NCBI GenBank assembly: GCA_028534125.1
Contig: CM052818.1
Location: forward strand, 44,022,001-44,086,000
Reading direction: 5' to 3'
DNA from: Lama glama
Taxonomy: Eukaryota
DNA length: 64,000 nt
Below the pieces are notes generated by a model, which made no database searches, had not been told where the DNA came from, and was given only the letters and a program-made list of their open reading frames with translations. The translations under genes were made by a program, and so were the position numbers. Below, one piece after another: positions 1 to 11,559 of this stretch. Numbering within the stretch: position 1 is the first letter of the stretch; each line of letters opens with the position of its first letter.

Positions 1-3000
1 AGCATGTGATGCTAAGATCTTCATACCTCATCCCCACGCCCAATGTCCATCCATCTACCTCTACCCCGCACCTCTCCGTCTCCATCCAAAATCTGTCTTT
101 TCAGACTGACCAGGGATCTGTGCATTCTAACCTTAGGACACTTCTCTTTTCACAGCACACAGAGGAGTAGCTGCTCTCCCCAGAGCGGTGCCTGTTGGGG
201 GTACTTCCCTTCACGACTGTCTTCTGTCTTTCAGAGCTGCCTCCAAACGAGGCTATTCCTGACTTGGGTCCATATTCACAGCCAACTCATCTACAAAGCA
301 AGATCTGTTTTCTTCTTCCTGCATCAGCTGGCATAAGGGCTCTCTCCATATGACCAATGGCATGTGATGATGGAGGGGCGCTGGAGCCTCACTGGTGGAT
401 GGCATGGGTCATGACAAGGGATTACCTGCTCATGCAGCTTGGGGTGCCTCCAGTCCTGCCTATGTACTGTAGTTGGGACATGTACAGTTTTATGACGTGG
501 TATGTTCCAACAGAATTCAGCTCATTAAAGACAGTTCAGCATGCAGAGTAAAAAGTCCCAGGGGTAGGTGCTCCATCTTTGCCACAGGGAGTAGCCTGCC
601 AGGAGATGATTTTCAAGAGGTGTTTATTTCTCCACTGCACGTGCATGGCATTTGTCCACTGGGATTCTTGCTCCAGAATCTCAGAGGTTTGCTCTGTGAT
701 TCTTTTGCTTGGACTTGTCTTTGGTTCTTCACAGCATCTTTCTCCAGCACTGATATCTTTAATATCACATGGCCCAAGTGGGATGGCTGCTTGAACTCAA
801 GCCTGCCTGTGACAGAGCTCTTTCCTGTTCTGAACCTCACTCAAGGCTGGCAGCAACTCATGGAACAGAGCAGGATTCCCAGGTGGAGCATATGCTGTCT
901 CCAGAATGTGAGGAGGACTGTTGGGTGTTGTGCCTCCCTTTTTGTGATGGGATGCGAAATATGGAATAGTTCGTCTTTTAATTTGGGTGGTGGAGTTAGT
1001 TGATGACGGCTCCCCAAAAGATATGTCCACTTCTTAATTCCCAGAACTTGTGAATGTTATCTTTTTGGGAAAAGGGTCCTTATGGGTTGATTAAGGTAAG
1101 GATCTAGAGATGAAGAGAGCATCCTGGGTCATCAGGCTGTGCCTTACATCCAATGGAAAGTGTTCCTATAAGAGGTGCAGGGAAGATCTGGCAGACACAA
1201 GAGCAGGAGGCAATGTGACCAAGGAGACTGAGGCTGGAGTGAAGGACCACAGCCCAAAGAATGCCTGGAGCCATCAGAAGTAAAACAAACAAAGAATGAA
1301 AACTCCCCTAGAGCCTCTGAAGCACATTTGGCCCTGTCAACACCTCAGCTTTGGATTTCTGGCCTCTAGAACTGTGTGTAAGAAAATACGTTTCTGTTGT
1401 TTTCATGGTAATCCATTCCAGAAGCCAATATAGGAAACTAATATAGATGGAATCCTGGTTTGGCCCTGAACACCGGACACCTCGATATTCTACTGATGTG
1501 AATCTTCGTAGGGTTCATCTCCCACGTTCAGTTGTGTGTGTGTGTCTTATGAAGGCTTCCACAAGGTAGTAACTTTTCGCTCCTCTGACCTGATAGGTAG
1601 GATTTATCGATGCTGTAGGTCAATGTAATATTCTGTGGGATATCAGATAGTCCAGGATCTCTTTGAACTGTATTGTTGACAAGGTGAGGGAGGGAAGGAA
1701 TTAATATCACCCTGGGGCACAAGCGTGAATTTATAGTTTTGCCCATTCAATGTAATACAGACTGTTTTTTATCCTCTTTTCTGATAGAGATGGAGAAGAA
1801 TGGCCACAGTCAATGGCCACAAACCATGTACTGAAATCATGCTAATATGCAGTAGAAGTGATACTCAGTCTGAGACAGGCACTGAAATTGCAACTGGGAT
1901 TAACATTTGAGGAAGTTTATGGAAGAACATTATCCTTCTCCAAGAGTCATCTGGTTTCTGCAGGAGACTGATGACTTAAGTGTGGATTTGACAGGCACCA
2001 CTCCCTATGCATCATTTAGATACTTGTGAATGAAACTAATGCTCGCCAAATGCCTGGGTGTGGTGCCGTTTTTGATGTACTATCTTGGCTTGGTGAGAGG
2101 AGGAGCTGCAGAAATGTCTGGGGAAAGGAGTCAGTTTTGAGGACTCACTGTTGGTTGAGCATCAGCCAGGACTTGGTCTGCTTACTTGGCCCCACTCCAA
2201 CAGTGGGGCCATGATGACTTTTTGAGCCTCTGATATCAATGTCAAGGTGGTTCTCCTATTCCTCCAGCATAAAGTTATCAGAGTAACAATCTATTGCTCC
2301 CTTTGGGAATGTACTAGGCAAGTCATTATCATGACTCCAATGCACCTCACCATGGCATTGCAGAGTCCTTCTCTCTGTCCTTTCTATTTAATGGGTTCCC
2401 AGCACTAAAATTGGCTCAGGTCCAGGGCTATACAGGAGGTCATAATTTAGCTTTTGAGTGGAGTGGAATGCTTTCAGCCTCCAGGTCATTCATCCTTGAT
2501 TTTTTTCGAACAAAACAAGTTGAGTACTACCCTAATTGGCTTTCCATCTATTTTGGCTCTAGGGATACTGCATTGATTCGCTCTACAATCCTCTTCTTGC
2601 CTGCTGCTATGATCTTGCCACTTATTACAATAATTAGGTCTATCTGTATTTCAACAATTAAGTGCCACCACCGGGCTTACATAGGGATTTTATTGTCCTC
2701 ACTGTCATCGGTGACTCTAGTTCTATAATGTCCTCTCCTACTGTCAACCCTGCCCACAAAGGAGAACCACCAAGGAGCTTGTAGCGATGCTGGTGCCCCT
2801 CTCACCAGCACATTCCAACTTTCCTCTGGGATAACCCATAAGGTGGGTTTTTCATACACTGTCACCTCCAGCATGCCCACTTCCTGAGCCTTCGAGTCCC
2901 ATCAAACACAGAAATTCTGGCATTCAGTCCCCACTGACCCTGGGTATTACTTTTCCCAAGCTTCTAGGAACCAGTCTGTATCATGTCCAAGGGTTTTTGC

Positions 3001-3915
3001 TAAGTGTTAAATCCTGTGCTTTGGAAGGATGGCCCCAACTCCCTACATTCTCCTTTATCCATGCTTATGCTCTAGCCCTTTGATCGAGCATCCTCACAAT
3101 CCAGTCCCACACCTGCTCCCCTGGCCCCTGCTGGTCTTGTAGCTACTTTAGTGTGTAGTCTCTTTCCTTTCTTACCAAGCACAGCATATCCTTGGCCGGA
3201 TTATGCTGCAATTTACCTAATATTGACTTACTGGCTAGGAGGGAAGAGGGGAACAGATTCTGAGGGGTACCTGCTGTCCTGCAGGGGAGAAACCTCTAGG
3301 TATGTTAATGGTAGTGGGGAGGCCACTTGAGCAGGCTCAGAGATTTGAGGAAATTTGGAAATTCACGGTTTTCAGGGGCATCAACCCACGTCTTCATTCC
3401 ATGTGTCTGGGGCCCGTTCTTTCCAATCAGGCTCTTTATCCAGGCACCAACAGAAGTCGGGATGAGTGTGCTCTTCCTTGTAGCTCAGCCACCGTGATAA
3501 GGTGTGAGGCTGCTCCTCCGCTTCCTTTGCCCTTCTGTTCCGGGGGGTGACAGCCATTTTATATGCTGCTGAAGAGACTCTGGCTTTCACACGTGTTCTC
3601 TTAATTACTCTCAGCCTTAGTTTTATGTTTCTCTCGATCTTAAATAGAGTTTTGCAATAGGCATATAATCTCATTGCCCCATCATCTCTATTTTTCCCAC
3701 GATTTTCAGATGCCTGATGTATTACACCAGCTACTGCATTCTCTCCCACTGGCACGGCATCCCAAAGCACCTCTAGTAAAAGCTTTAACAAGTGGTTACC
3801 ACCTTGTTCCAGGACTGTATGTGCACCACCAGCCACAAGGAACCGCTTGCTAGTAACTAGCGGGGTGGTGAACAATCCAGCTCGAAAAGCCCATTGTAGT
3901 TCTGCTTGATTCAAT
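1..3915 (-). mobile_element. Decayed ERVL (class III ERV; ERV3-16A3/HERVL-like) internal region with gag and pol remnants, running off the left edge of the window
   Basis: Minus-strand translations resemble HERV-L proteins. Gag-like NVLVRGAPASL (ORF 2677-2880). RT-like RDPGLSDIPQNITLTYSID (ORF 1528-1746, cf. the YIDD region) and WEMNPTKI at ~1502-1525. IPSKLKDELFHISHPITKREAQHPTVLLTFWRQHMLHLG is restored across the MLT1 insertion. ESQSKPLRFWSK (ORF 613-840) resembles ESQRRPLGFWSK. Many stops and frameshifts, so it is non-functional. Confidence 0.88.
991..1445 (+). mobile_element. MaLR solo LTR (MLT1C-like) inserted into ERVL pol
   Basis: Matches the recalled MLT1C consensus (ccccaaaagatatgtccac...aaggatctagagatg...ggaaactaatata). 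It has 5-bp TSD-like flanks ggtgg (986-990) and gatgg (1446-1450). Removing it restores the pol reading frame. Confidence 0.9.
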
Positions 3916-3917
3916 CA

Positions 3918-4348
3918 ACTGTTTGGCTTTATCAGGATGCAGACACGAAAGCGAAGCTCGATGTCCAGAGGGTTTATTAGAATATCCTTGTGATCGATCT
4001 CCATGGAACGGAAGCACACAAAGCAGGACGAGACAAAAGGAAAGTCGAGCTGCCGCGTGGGCACGGCCTCGGCCAACCCCGTGGACAGCAGGGAGAGCTC
4101 AGGAACTGAAGCGGCTCGCCAGCGTTGCCCTGCGTTGGGCTGACATGGCTGGACCGTCAGCCATGGCCTCAGTCGGTCATAGGAGACGAGTCACGCTCAG
4201 AAGGCCGTGACCTTGGGCAAGGTGGCTCCCTGACGCTGTGGCAGTTCCTGGAAAACTGACAGTTAAAGCCTATCTGATCGCTCTACCAACAGTTGGGGGC
4301 CAAGCCCTTCATTCATGGGCCATATGGATGCTACATCCTGTGGCTACC
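3918..4348 (-). mobile_element. LTR16-family ERVL LTR (5' LTR of the adjacent provirus)
   Basis: Contains gggtttattag (aataaa on the minus strand), ggcctcggccaacccc...gggagagctc and ggccgtgaccttgggcaaggtggctccct, resembling reverse LTR16 consensus. It lies directly upstream of the minus-strand gag. Confidence 0.78.
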
Positions 4349-4604
4349 GTCTTTGACTGCCTTAGGAAGGTGTGGGCAGGAAGTTTGGATTCTTTCCATC
4401 TTCTTCAGGACCAGTCTTATTCCTGCTATTGAAACACAGGATTATAATCTCATTCTGAGTTGATGTTCCCCCCAAGCCCCAATAAACCCCAGAGTAATCA
4501 TCAATGCACCATAAAAATAGCTATCTCTAGGAACAAGTAATGAATATGGAAGCTAAACTATTAATTCCTCAGAGTACAGAAGAATAGTTTCAAAATGATC
4601 CAGG

Positions 4605-4840
4605 AAATAAAAATTGTTTGAGTATCTACGATGTGCCTGATGCTATGCCAGGTGGCAGTGATTCCAAGATAGACACTCCAGATCCAGTAGGGGAGACAGA
4701 CAAAAACACATTGGACACAAATAGTGTTCAACATGTGCTATAATCACGTAATGGCCCGAGAACAGTGAGCGCTCAGGGAGAGAACACCCAAGGAGAGCTC
4801 TGCAAAGGAGGCTCGGACACCTCCGAGCGGAGACATCCTT
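4605..4840 (-). mobile_element. L2 LINE 3' fragment
   Basis: tttgagtatctacgatgtgcctgatgctatgccagg...tagggggagacagaca-like pattern of a reverse L2 3' end. Confidence 0.55.
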
Positions 4841-5399
4841 CACACAGCACCCATGCAGCGGATGCGTGTTGAATAAATCACGTGTGGAATATTAACAGGC
4901 AGCAGGAATTAGGGTGGAGGGGAGGATTCCAAGCAGACCTCCAAGGCTCACTTGTTTTCTCTGCACAGAACACAGCAGGTAGTCCAGCGTGTTTATTAGG
5001 TGAGGCTGGAAGTACAGGGTGATGTCATATTGCCTTGAATTCTCTTACAAGATGTACTGACAAGGTTCTATAAAGAGTGGCAGAGGGCATGGGCTTCTCG
5101 CCTGTGAGCTGGTGAGCGAGCAGCACGTCGGTGGTTTATAATGGTCCCCCCTGCAGAAGTGAGAGGACTGGATTGGTTAAGGGAAGAATTAGGGCAGGAT
5201 GACCAGGTAGGGGTACGTAGAAACAGCCCGGTGAGGGACAATGAGGCCTAAAGTACGATACAAAAGTAAAAGCGGAGAGAAGATGTTCCAGAGGGATGCT
5301 GTACACACGTGTCCGAATGATGCCCCGCCAGCACCAGCATCATATGTCCGCCGACTCTCAATAGTTCATGTACCTCACCTTGTTCAGCCCTCCCAACCA

Positions 5400-5530
5400 T
5401 CAAGTGAGTTAATGCTCTGGCTGCCCCCCTACAGATGAGGACACTGAGCACAGAGACCTTAGATGACCAGCACAGGTAGCATTGGAACTCAGACCTGACT
5501 GTCTCCAAAACCCAGCCTCCTTCACTGGAG
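5400..5530 (-). mobile_element. MIR SINE fragment
   Basis: MIR core tacagatgaggacactgagcacagaga...ggaactcagacctgactgtctccaaaaccc. Confidence 0.65.
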
Positions 5531-7029
5531 CATCACGCATGTGATGGAGATTACATCACTCCAACTAAACACATTTCCTTCACAGGTAACTGGACATTTT
5601 TTTGTCTCCACCCTTTCTGTTGGCAATATTACAAGGTATTTACGAAGTGAAGATCCTCACTGAACTGTGGGTCCATTTGGTATGAACAACTGTTCGGTCT
5701 GAGCTGTCCCAGAGCCACTGACAGGCAGCGTGGTCTTCTCAGAATTCCCCAGGAGCTGACCACAAGCACGTGGCCAACAAATGAGGCAGTGTGTGGCAGT
5801 GCATTTCAGCCCTGTGTCAAAATGCACCAATTTACTGATTTGTTAGTCTCGGAGCCCAAATTAGCTCCCGCTGGTGGGCAAGGTCCCTGGATCTGGCGCC
5901 CTCTTTGCACCCCCCGGGGAGATCTTTTCCAGACACCGCTGTCCCCTGGAACCAGAGGTAGTTTCCGTTACCTGCTCACTGTCTGCCTCGGGGCTTGGGA
6001 ATAGCTTTAGCAGAAGGAAACAGGGCTGCTGCATCCCCCACGCGTTTATCATGGAGCCTCACATCCACAGCTGGGGAAGCCTTCTTCCTAATTGGCTGAT
6101 TATTTGGATGGAGATTTGCAAAAATTCTCTGACAGAGACCACTGAGCTGTTGCCCAAGGTAAAATCATTTGATGGTTTAAGCTCTGAAGGATTTTCTTAT
6201 TATTATCACTATTGTTTTGAAAGATTACCGAAGATTGGCTCACAGTGCATGTCTTGCTGTAAGTCCATCAGTGCCCCATGCTCCGGTTTTATAAAGTCAC
6301 CTAAAAGCATCACTCATCACCTGCTATTGACAACCAGCCACCAGCAGATTTGAATTGGGCAATGTCTGTTGGAGGAAAAGATCTGTCCGCAGCTGCTTCC
6401 GAGAATAAGGTGAAATCCTTGTTTTGCAGTCGGGTGGCCTTGCATTTGAATCACAGCACCATGGCCTCCCAGCTCTCCCAGTTTCTTTACATTCGTCTTC
6501 TGCCATCTTCTTCCTGGGGCAGGGTCTAGTTGTACCAAAATATACCCCTGAGCAGGAGTGCGGCATAGCTCAGCCCGAATCACTTTATGTATCTGGAAGG
6601 TGCCGAGAGACTCAGACACAGAGCTGGGAAATCCTCAGATAAGGAGAGCCGGGACCGACAGGAGCAGGGCAAGATGAGCACACATGGGGAGGGGCGGTTC
6701 CTGCCAAGCACGTGTCCTCTTCTTCCGGCTTGCTCCTACGTATGGGGGAGCCAGCGGGTGTTCACCATGTAACATACCTGGTCCACCTTCTCTATGAGTC
6801 TGTTTCTCTTCTCCAGTAAGAAACAACTCTTCCTGGTCATGATAAAAATTAAGAGCAATAATACATTTAAGGTGTCAATCACAGAGCCTGGCTGATGAGA
6901 GGTCTTCCACAGTGGAGGCCTCTGTATTCTTCACCATACAGGGATTTTAGAATTCACCAGATGCTTTCATAGACATTCATCTCTTAAATGTTTTAAAATC
7001 TTGGTGAAGAAATTAGGGCCTGTGTTTAT

Positions 7030-7140
7030 ATGCCTAATTAGCAGATGAGGAAAACTGAGGCTGAGGAAATTGGTCAAAGCCTTGTTGCTGATGGTGCCAA
7101 AGCCACCTCCATCTGCCCCTAGTCTGGGTCTCCAATCCTG
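7030..7140 (-). mobile_element. MIR SINE fragment
   Basis: MIR core cagatgaggaaaactgaggctgag. Confidence 0.5.
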
Positions 7141-7924
7141 GTGGACCAATAAGGGAAAGATTTCCCCTTCTTTCAAGAGTTTCAAATGGGGCTAGTCTCA
7201 GCAGGGAGCTTCAAGTTGTTGATGAATTGTGAATTGCTGCTTTTTAGAACCCTGCACCCCAGAGATGAGGAACAGCATTCTGCCACTATATTTTGAACAC
7301 CCTGTAATTTCCAACATTATCTAAGCCAGACTCTTCTCTTCTCCACTGAGAAGTCAACCTTAAAATAATTTATTTCATAAAAGTCAACAGATATTAAGTG
7401 ATTAACAAATCTAACTTCCATTCTTTCTACTTATCCATTTCCACTTTGAGAGGATCACATGGAGAATGCTCTCAATAAAAAAAAGGTACTTTAAGAAAAT
7501 TGACATTTCAAAAGCAGACACTTACTGGGCCAGTTACCTTCTACATGTACAGAAGAGAAATGCAATGGGCTGAGCCCTCACCCAGCTATCTGCTCTCTCT
7601 CTCCTGCAAGGTGGTGAAGGGGGTCTACTTTAGCTCTGCTCACCCAGCCCAGGGGGTAGAGGTAGAACTTTCTGGAACAGAGGTGTGCTTCACAGAGTCA
7701 GCCAGTGAGCAACTGAGGCATGGCTGCAGAAGTGCAGGGTTGAGGGTTGAACAATGTTGTGAATCACATCCTCACATGTAGCAGGGAAGGAAATGGGGGC
7801 CCAGGGTTGAAGAAATATTGAAGCAAATGCTGCCTTGATGTAAAAATAATTGTTGTGTTAGAGTGGATAGAGAATTATGCTTTCCCTGTGAGAAATTTTA
7901 TTGAATGTTTTCTTCAGCTCAGCC

Positions 7925-8040
7925 TTTTTAAAAACTTTTTTTAATTCTGAATTTTGTTTTTTTAATGAAAGTACTGGGGAATGAATCCAGGACCTTACGC
8001 ATGCTAAGCTGCTCTCTACCACTGAGGTATACCTTCCCCG
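7925..8040 (-). mobile_element. Camelid-type tRNA-derived SINE with A-rich tail
   Basis: Minus strand reads ggggaaggtatacctcagtggtagagagcagcttagcatgcgtaaggtcctggattcattccccagtact followed by an A-rich tail, with degenerate Pol III A and B boxes. aatgttttct occurs on both sides (7904-7913, 8044-8053) as a possible TSD. Confidence 0.85.
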
Positions 8041-8236
8041 CTAAATGTTTTCTCAAATTAGTATTTCCATAAAAAGTGAAGAAAGAATGAAACTGGCTCA
8101 TTGGAACCCAGCATGTGTGTGTTTTAGAGAAATCATCAGAATGTCTACTTTGCTCACGTGGACCAAACTCGTCATCATCATCGTCATCGTCTGTCTTCTG
8201 AATCACTCACCTTAGCCAACCTGATCATTTCCCGGC

Positions 8237-8460
8237 CAGGACAGGTTACTTAATTTGCTGGGCCTATTGCAAAATGAAAAATATGGGGCCTCTGGTTCAA
8301 AAAGCATGCTCCATTTTTGCATTGACTTCATTTAGGAAATATAGATTCAAAAATAAAATTCTTAAGAACTTCAAGATGGCAACAGTAACGCCTTAAACAA
8401 AGTGCGGGATCCTTCCAAGCTTGGATCCCTGCAGCTGCACAAGTCACATGCCTGTTCTTG
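8237..8460 (-). mobile_element. hAT-Tip100 MITE (MER45-like)
   Basis: caggacaggttacttaatttgctgggcctattgcaaaatgaaaa...aagaacttcaagatggcaacag...tgcacaagtcacatgcc resembles the reverse complement of the recalled MER45 consensus. Confidence 0.7.
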
Positions 8461-8599
8461 AACTTCATGGTCCATTGTGACTTGCTTTTGCCCTGTTTAT
8501 GGCTCTGACCTGGGCTACATATTGTATTTGTAGATCTGCCTTGACTAGGTTGATTACTTTTAACCCAGCTTCTCTGGGTGTCTGTTCAAAGGTTAGGTC

Positions 8600-8960
8600 G
8601 TGTTTGGTCATGTCCAAAAAGTCCTTGATATTTGATCATACATGGTCCTGTCTAAAACATTCATGGAGACATCAAGTCTGCACCAAAAGGTTATATTTGG
8701 TCCTGTTAAAAACATCCAGGCTTCATGCCAAGGGGTCGTTGATATTTGGTTATAGTTTGTCTTGTCCAATATGTTCATTAAGACATCCTGTCCATGCCGA
8801 AAGGCCCCTGATAGTGGTCCTGTCCAAGACCATTTTGCATGGAGCAAATATCACGGACATTTTGAATAGGGTAAAATTTCAAGGACCTTTTGGCGTGGAC
8901 CAAATGTCTTATGGAACAAATGTCTTATGTAGATCTTGGCCAGGACCAAATGTCCTTCAA
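8600..8960. repeat. Degenerate direct plus inverted repeat array (~28-bp core, ~113-bp higher-order unit)
   Basis: Recurrent gatatttggtcc / tggtcctgtc / ccaaaaggtcctt motifs over 8603-8830, and reverse-complement copies (aaggaccttttggcgtggaccaaatgtc, caggaccaaatgtc) over 8840-8955. Confidence 0.7.
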
Positions 8961-9922
8961 AGCCATTGAAAGGTTTTAGACAGTCTCACAGGGCTCCCAC
9001 CTGGCCAAGATATGCATGGGCATCAGACTCACCAGCTGTTTTCTCAAGTGGAACCAAGACTTTATCATTAACTGTCAACCCACACCTGACATTTCACCAA
9101 CATTTTAGCCATCTTTTCATTGACTGACTTTTTTCTTTTCCTTCCCAGCCACTCATGCAACTCCTTCTCTTTCTTTTTCAACATATGAGTTCCAACAAAT
9201 ATCCACAAGACTAATGGAAGTCCCAGTGTGTTTCTGTTTGTGCTTCTCACCCTTTGGGGAAGATGCACACGGGCCGTGAAATGGCCCGTGGGCAGCAGGG
9301 GAGAGGACCAGCAGAAGCCTGAGTCTTGGATCATCACCAGTTGTCAACTAGTAGGTAAACTGCTGAAGGACCGGTGCCCAAATTGTCCCTGTATCCAGTG
9401 TGACAGGGTATGTCACATCAGAGATAATTCTCTCAGTTAATGACCATTCTCTCCCAAACTCCTCTGGGGTAATAAAAACATGTTTAAGTTTTGTTCATGT
9501 TTATTTTTTAATTTGGGGGAAAATGTAATCATTTAAAGATGTGCTTGTTGTCACGCCTTTAGGAAAGTCCTTCAAAATCTTGTCAAAATACCCAATACAT
9601 GAGCGAGTACGTTACCCTGTCATCCCCGTGTTGTATTCAAACTTTGATCTGTTATTTTCTCACATGATGCTTCTACAACTTTCAGAATGCCTTGTAAATT
9701 TGCAGAAAGCCAATCGGTCTTTCCTGTCAGGGTGGCATCAGGCAATCCCCACGAGGAAAGTGCTCATTAGTAGCTATTGCTTTGATGACATCACCAGAAA
9801 TTTGCCTCATTCACTTTCCAACATGCTGTAATTGTGCTTTGAAAATGCTGCCCATAATAAAGAGTTATTGGCAAAGGCTTTGAACTCCCACATTTCAAGT
9901 ATGTTACGATTTAACTCTTCCA

Positions 9923-10422
9923 NNNNNNNNNNNNNNNNNNNNNNNNNNNNNNNNNNNNNNNNNNNNNNNNNNNNNNNNNNNNNNNNNNNNNNNNNNNNNN
10001 NNNNNNNNNNNNNNNNNNNNNNNNNNNNNNNNNNNNNNNNNNNNNNNNNNNNNNNNNNNNNNNNNNNNNNNNNNNNNNNNNNNNNNNNNNNNNNNNNNNN
10101 NNNNNNNNNNNNNNNNNNNNNNNNNNNNNNNNNNNNNNNNNNNNNNNNNNNNNNNNNNNNNNNNNNNNNNNNNNNNNNNNNNNNNNNNNNNNNNNNNNNN
10201 NNNNNNNNNNNNNNNNNNNNNNNNNNNNNNNNNNNNNNNNNNNNNNNNNNNNNNNNNNNNNNNNNNNNNNNNNNNNNNNNNNNNNNNNNNNNNNNNNNNN
10301 NNNNNNNNNNNNNNNNNNNNNNNNNNNNNNNNNNNNNNNNNNNNNNNNNNNNNNNNNNNNNNNNNNNNNNNNNNNNNNNNNNNNNNNNNNNNNNNNNNNN
10401 NNNNNNNNNNNNNNNNNNNNNN
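9923..10422. other. Assembly gap (500 N, probably a fixed-size scaffold spacer)
   Basis: Run of exactly 500 N. Confidence 0.99.
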
Positions 10423-10449
10423 TTATTTAATGTTACATCTATAAACTGA

Positions 10450-10670
10450 TATATCAAGCTAAGTGCTTAACGCACTCAGTATTGGTTCATCCTGCAGTGG
10501 CTCTGTGATGTGGCTCGTTGTCCTCAGGCTACAGGTGTGAACACTAAGGGCCAGAGAACTTCAGGAAGCTCCAACCTTCTGGGCTGGCACAGCTCACTCC
10601 GGGGGAGCCAGAATTAAGATACAAGTTTGTTTAACTCTGAAACCTGTGCTCCTTCTGTTTTAGCACTGTT
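10450..10670 (-). mobile_element. MIR SINE
   Basis: gctaagtgcttaacgc...tacaggtgtgaacactaagggccagaga...ggagccagaattaaga...tgtttaactctgaaacctgtgctc. Confidence 0.6.
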
Positions 10671-10800
10671 CCATTGGGAAGCGTCCTTCCTGCACACCCT
10701 TCATATTTAGAGGATAACACTTCTGGCTTCTGCCGTCCTTTCCCTGGAGGGTCTTATTCAGAAATCCATTTGCCTTTGCTTCTTGGCAGCTGCTTCCTCC

Positions 10801-11064
10801 TGACTCATGACTCAAGTTTTTTCAGATCCTTTGCCCTCAGGACCCTCATTAGGGAATGCAGGGTGGGGAGCGTTCTGGGTTCAGTTAAAAAGCTTTTTTT
10901 CTTTTCCCTTCTTCCTATTTCTGCTTTTATTTTTAACTGCACTTCTTTCTGACAGGAACTTTGTTTGTCCTGACTTGAGTCTGACATTATGAGTCACTGG
11001 GGAGATATAATATGCTGATTGCTGAACCAGGTTATCATTTTTTTCTTTTTCTATGACTCATTCC
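10801..11064. promoter_or_regulatory. Candidate AP-1/TEAD enhancer
   Basis: Four perfect TGASTCA sites (10801, 10808, 10990, 11054). TEAD-like GGAATG at ~10853 and CATTCC overlapping the last AP-1 site. Confidence 0.45.
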
Positions 11065-11559
11065 CCTCAAAATCTCTAATTTATGATAAAAGTCTGTAAG
11101 ATGTAAGCACAGAAAATGTTTCTAACGGGTTGTCTCATTATGTTCGGGCCCATTTTGTCTTTTTTAGCTCTTGGGGAACTATGTAAATCAGCGGTCAGTA
11201 ACTGTCCCTGCAGCCTGGCCAGACAGGGCAGCCTCTGAGCAGCAATGGAGCTGGATTCAGAGGATGAGTTCAACCCACAGCCCTTGTTGAAAGATGAAGA
11301 GACAGCCTTTAATGAGATGTTATTAATGTTCCCATGTATGTGCAACCAAAAGGCAAAGCGTCATGAAGACAATGTTGATGTACAATGTTTCCAGTGAAGG
11401 ACACCTGTAAGCTGCCATCCTCTTCAAATGCCACTGAAAAAGGAAGCGAAGTCAGATACAAAATAGGAGCATGGGTCACAGGATTAGAGTGTAAACCAAG
11501 ATGTACTCGGGTGTGGAAAGAGGCGGGAAGTTTTTTTCTGGTCCATTTTACTACATAAA

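Noticed and set aside
473..1003. 176-aa plus-strand ORF
   Set aside because: Antisense to decayed ERVL pol; no recognisable protein.
3381..3914. 177-aa minus-strand ORF next to the LTR
   Set aside because: Lies in the ERVL leader/gag region and has no intact recognisable domain, so there is no support for a domesticated gene.
5860..5910. CTCF-like motifs (also ~48191 and ~56031)
   Set aside because: Only partial matches by eye; cannot be supported without PWM scoring or ChIP data.
7965..8040. tRNA-like sequence
   Set aside because: SINE head with degenerate boxes and an A-rich tail, not a functional tRNA gene.
7928..8206. ORF with poly-Asp run
   Set aside because: A short (TCA/TCG)n repeat plus SINE sequence; not coding.
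8600..8960. CRISPR-like interpretation of the repeat array
   Set aside because: Eukaryotic DNA; repeats are degenerate, in both orientations, and have no unique regular spacers or cas genes.
9807..10457. Two long ORFs (216 and 205 aa)
   Set aside because: Artefacts of reading through the 500-N gap.
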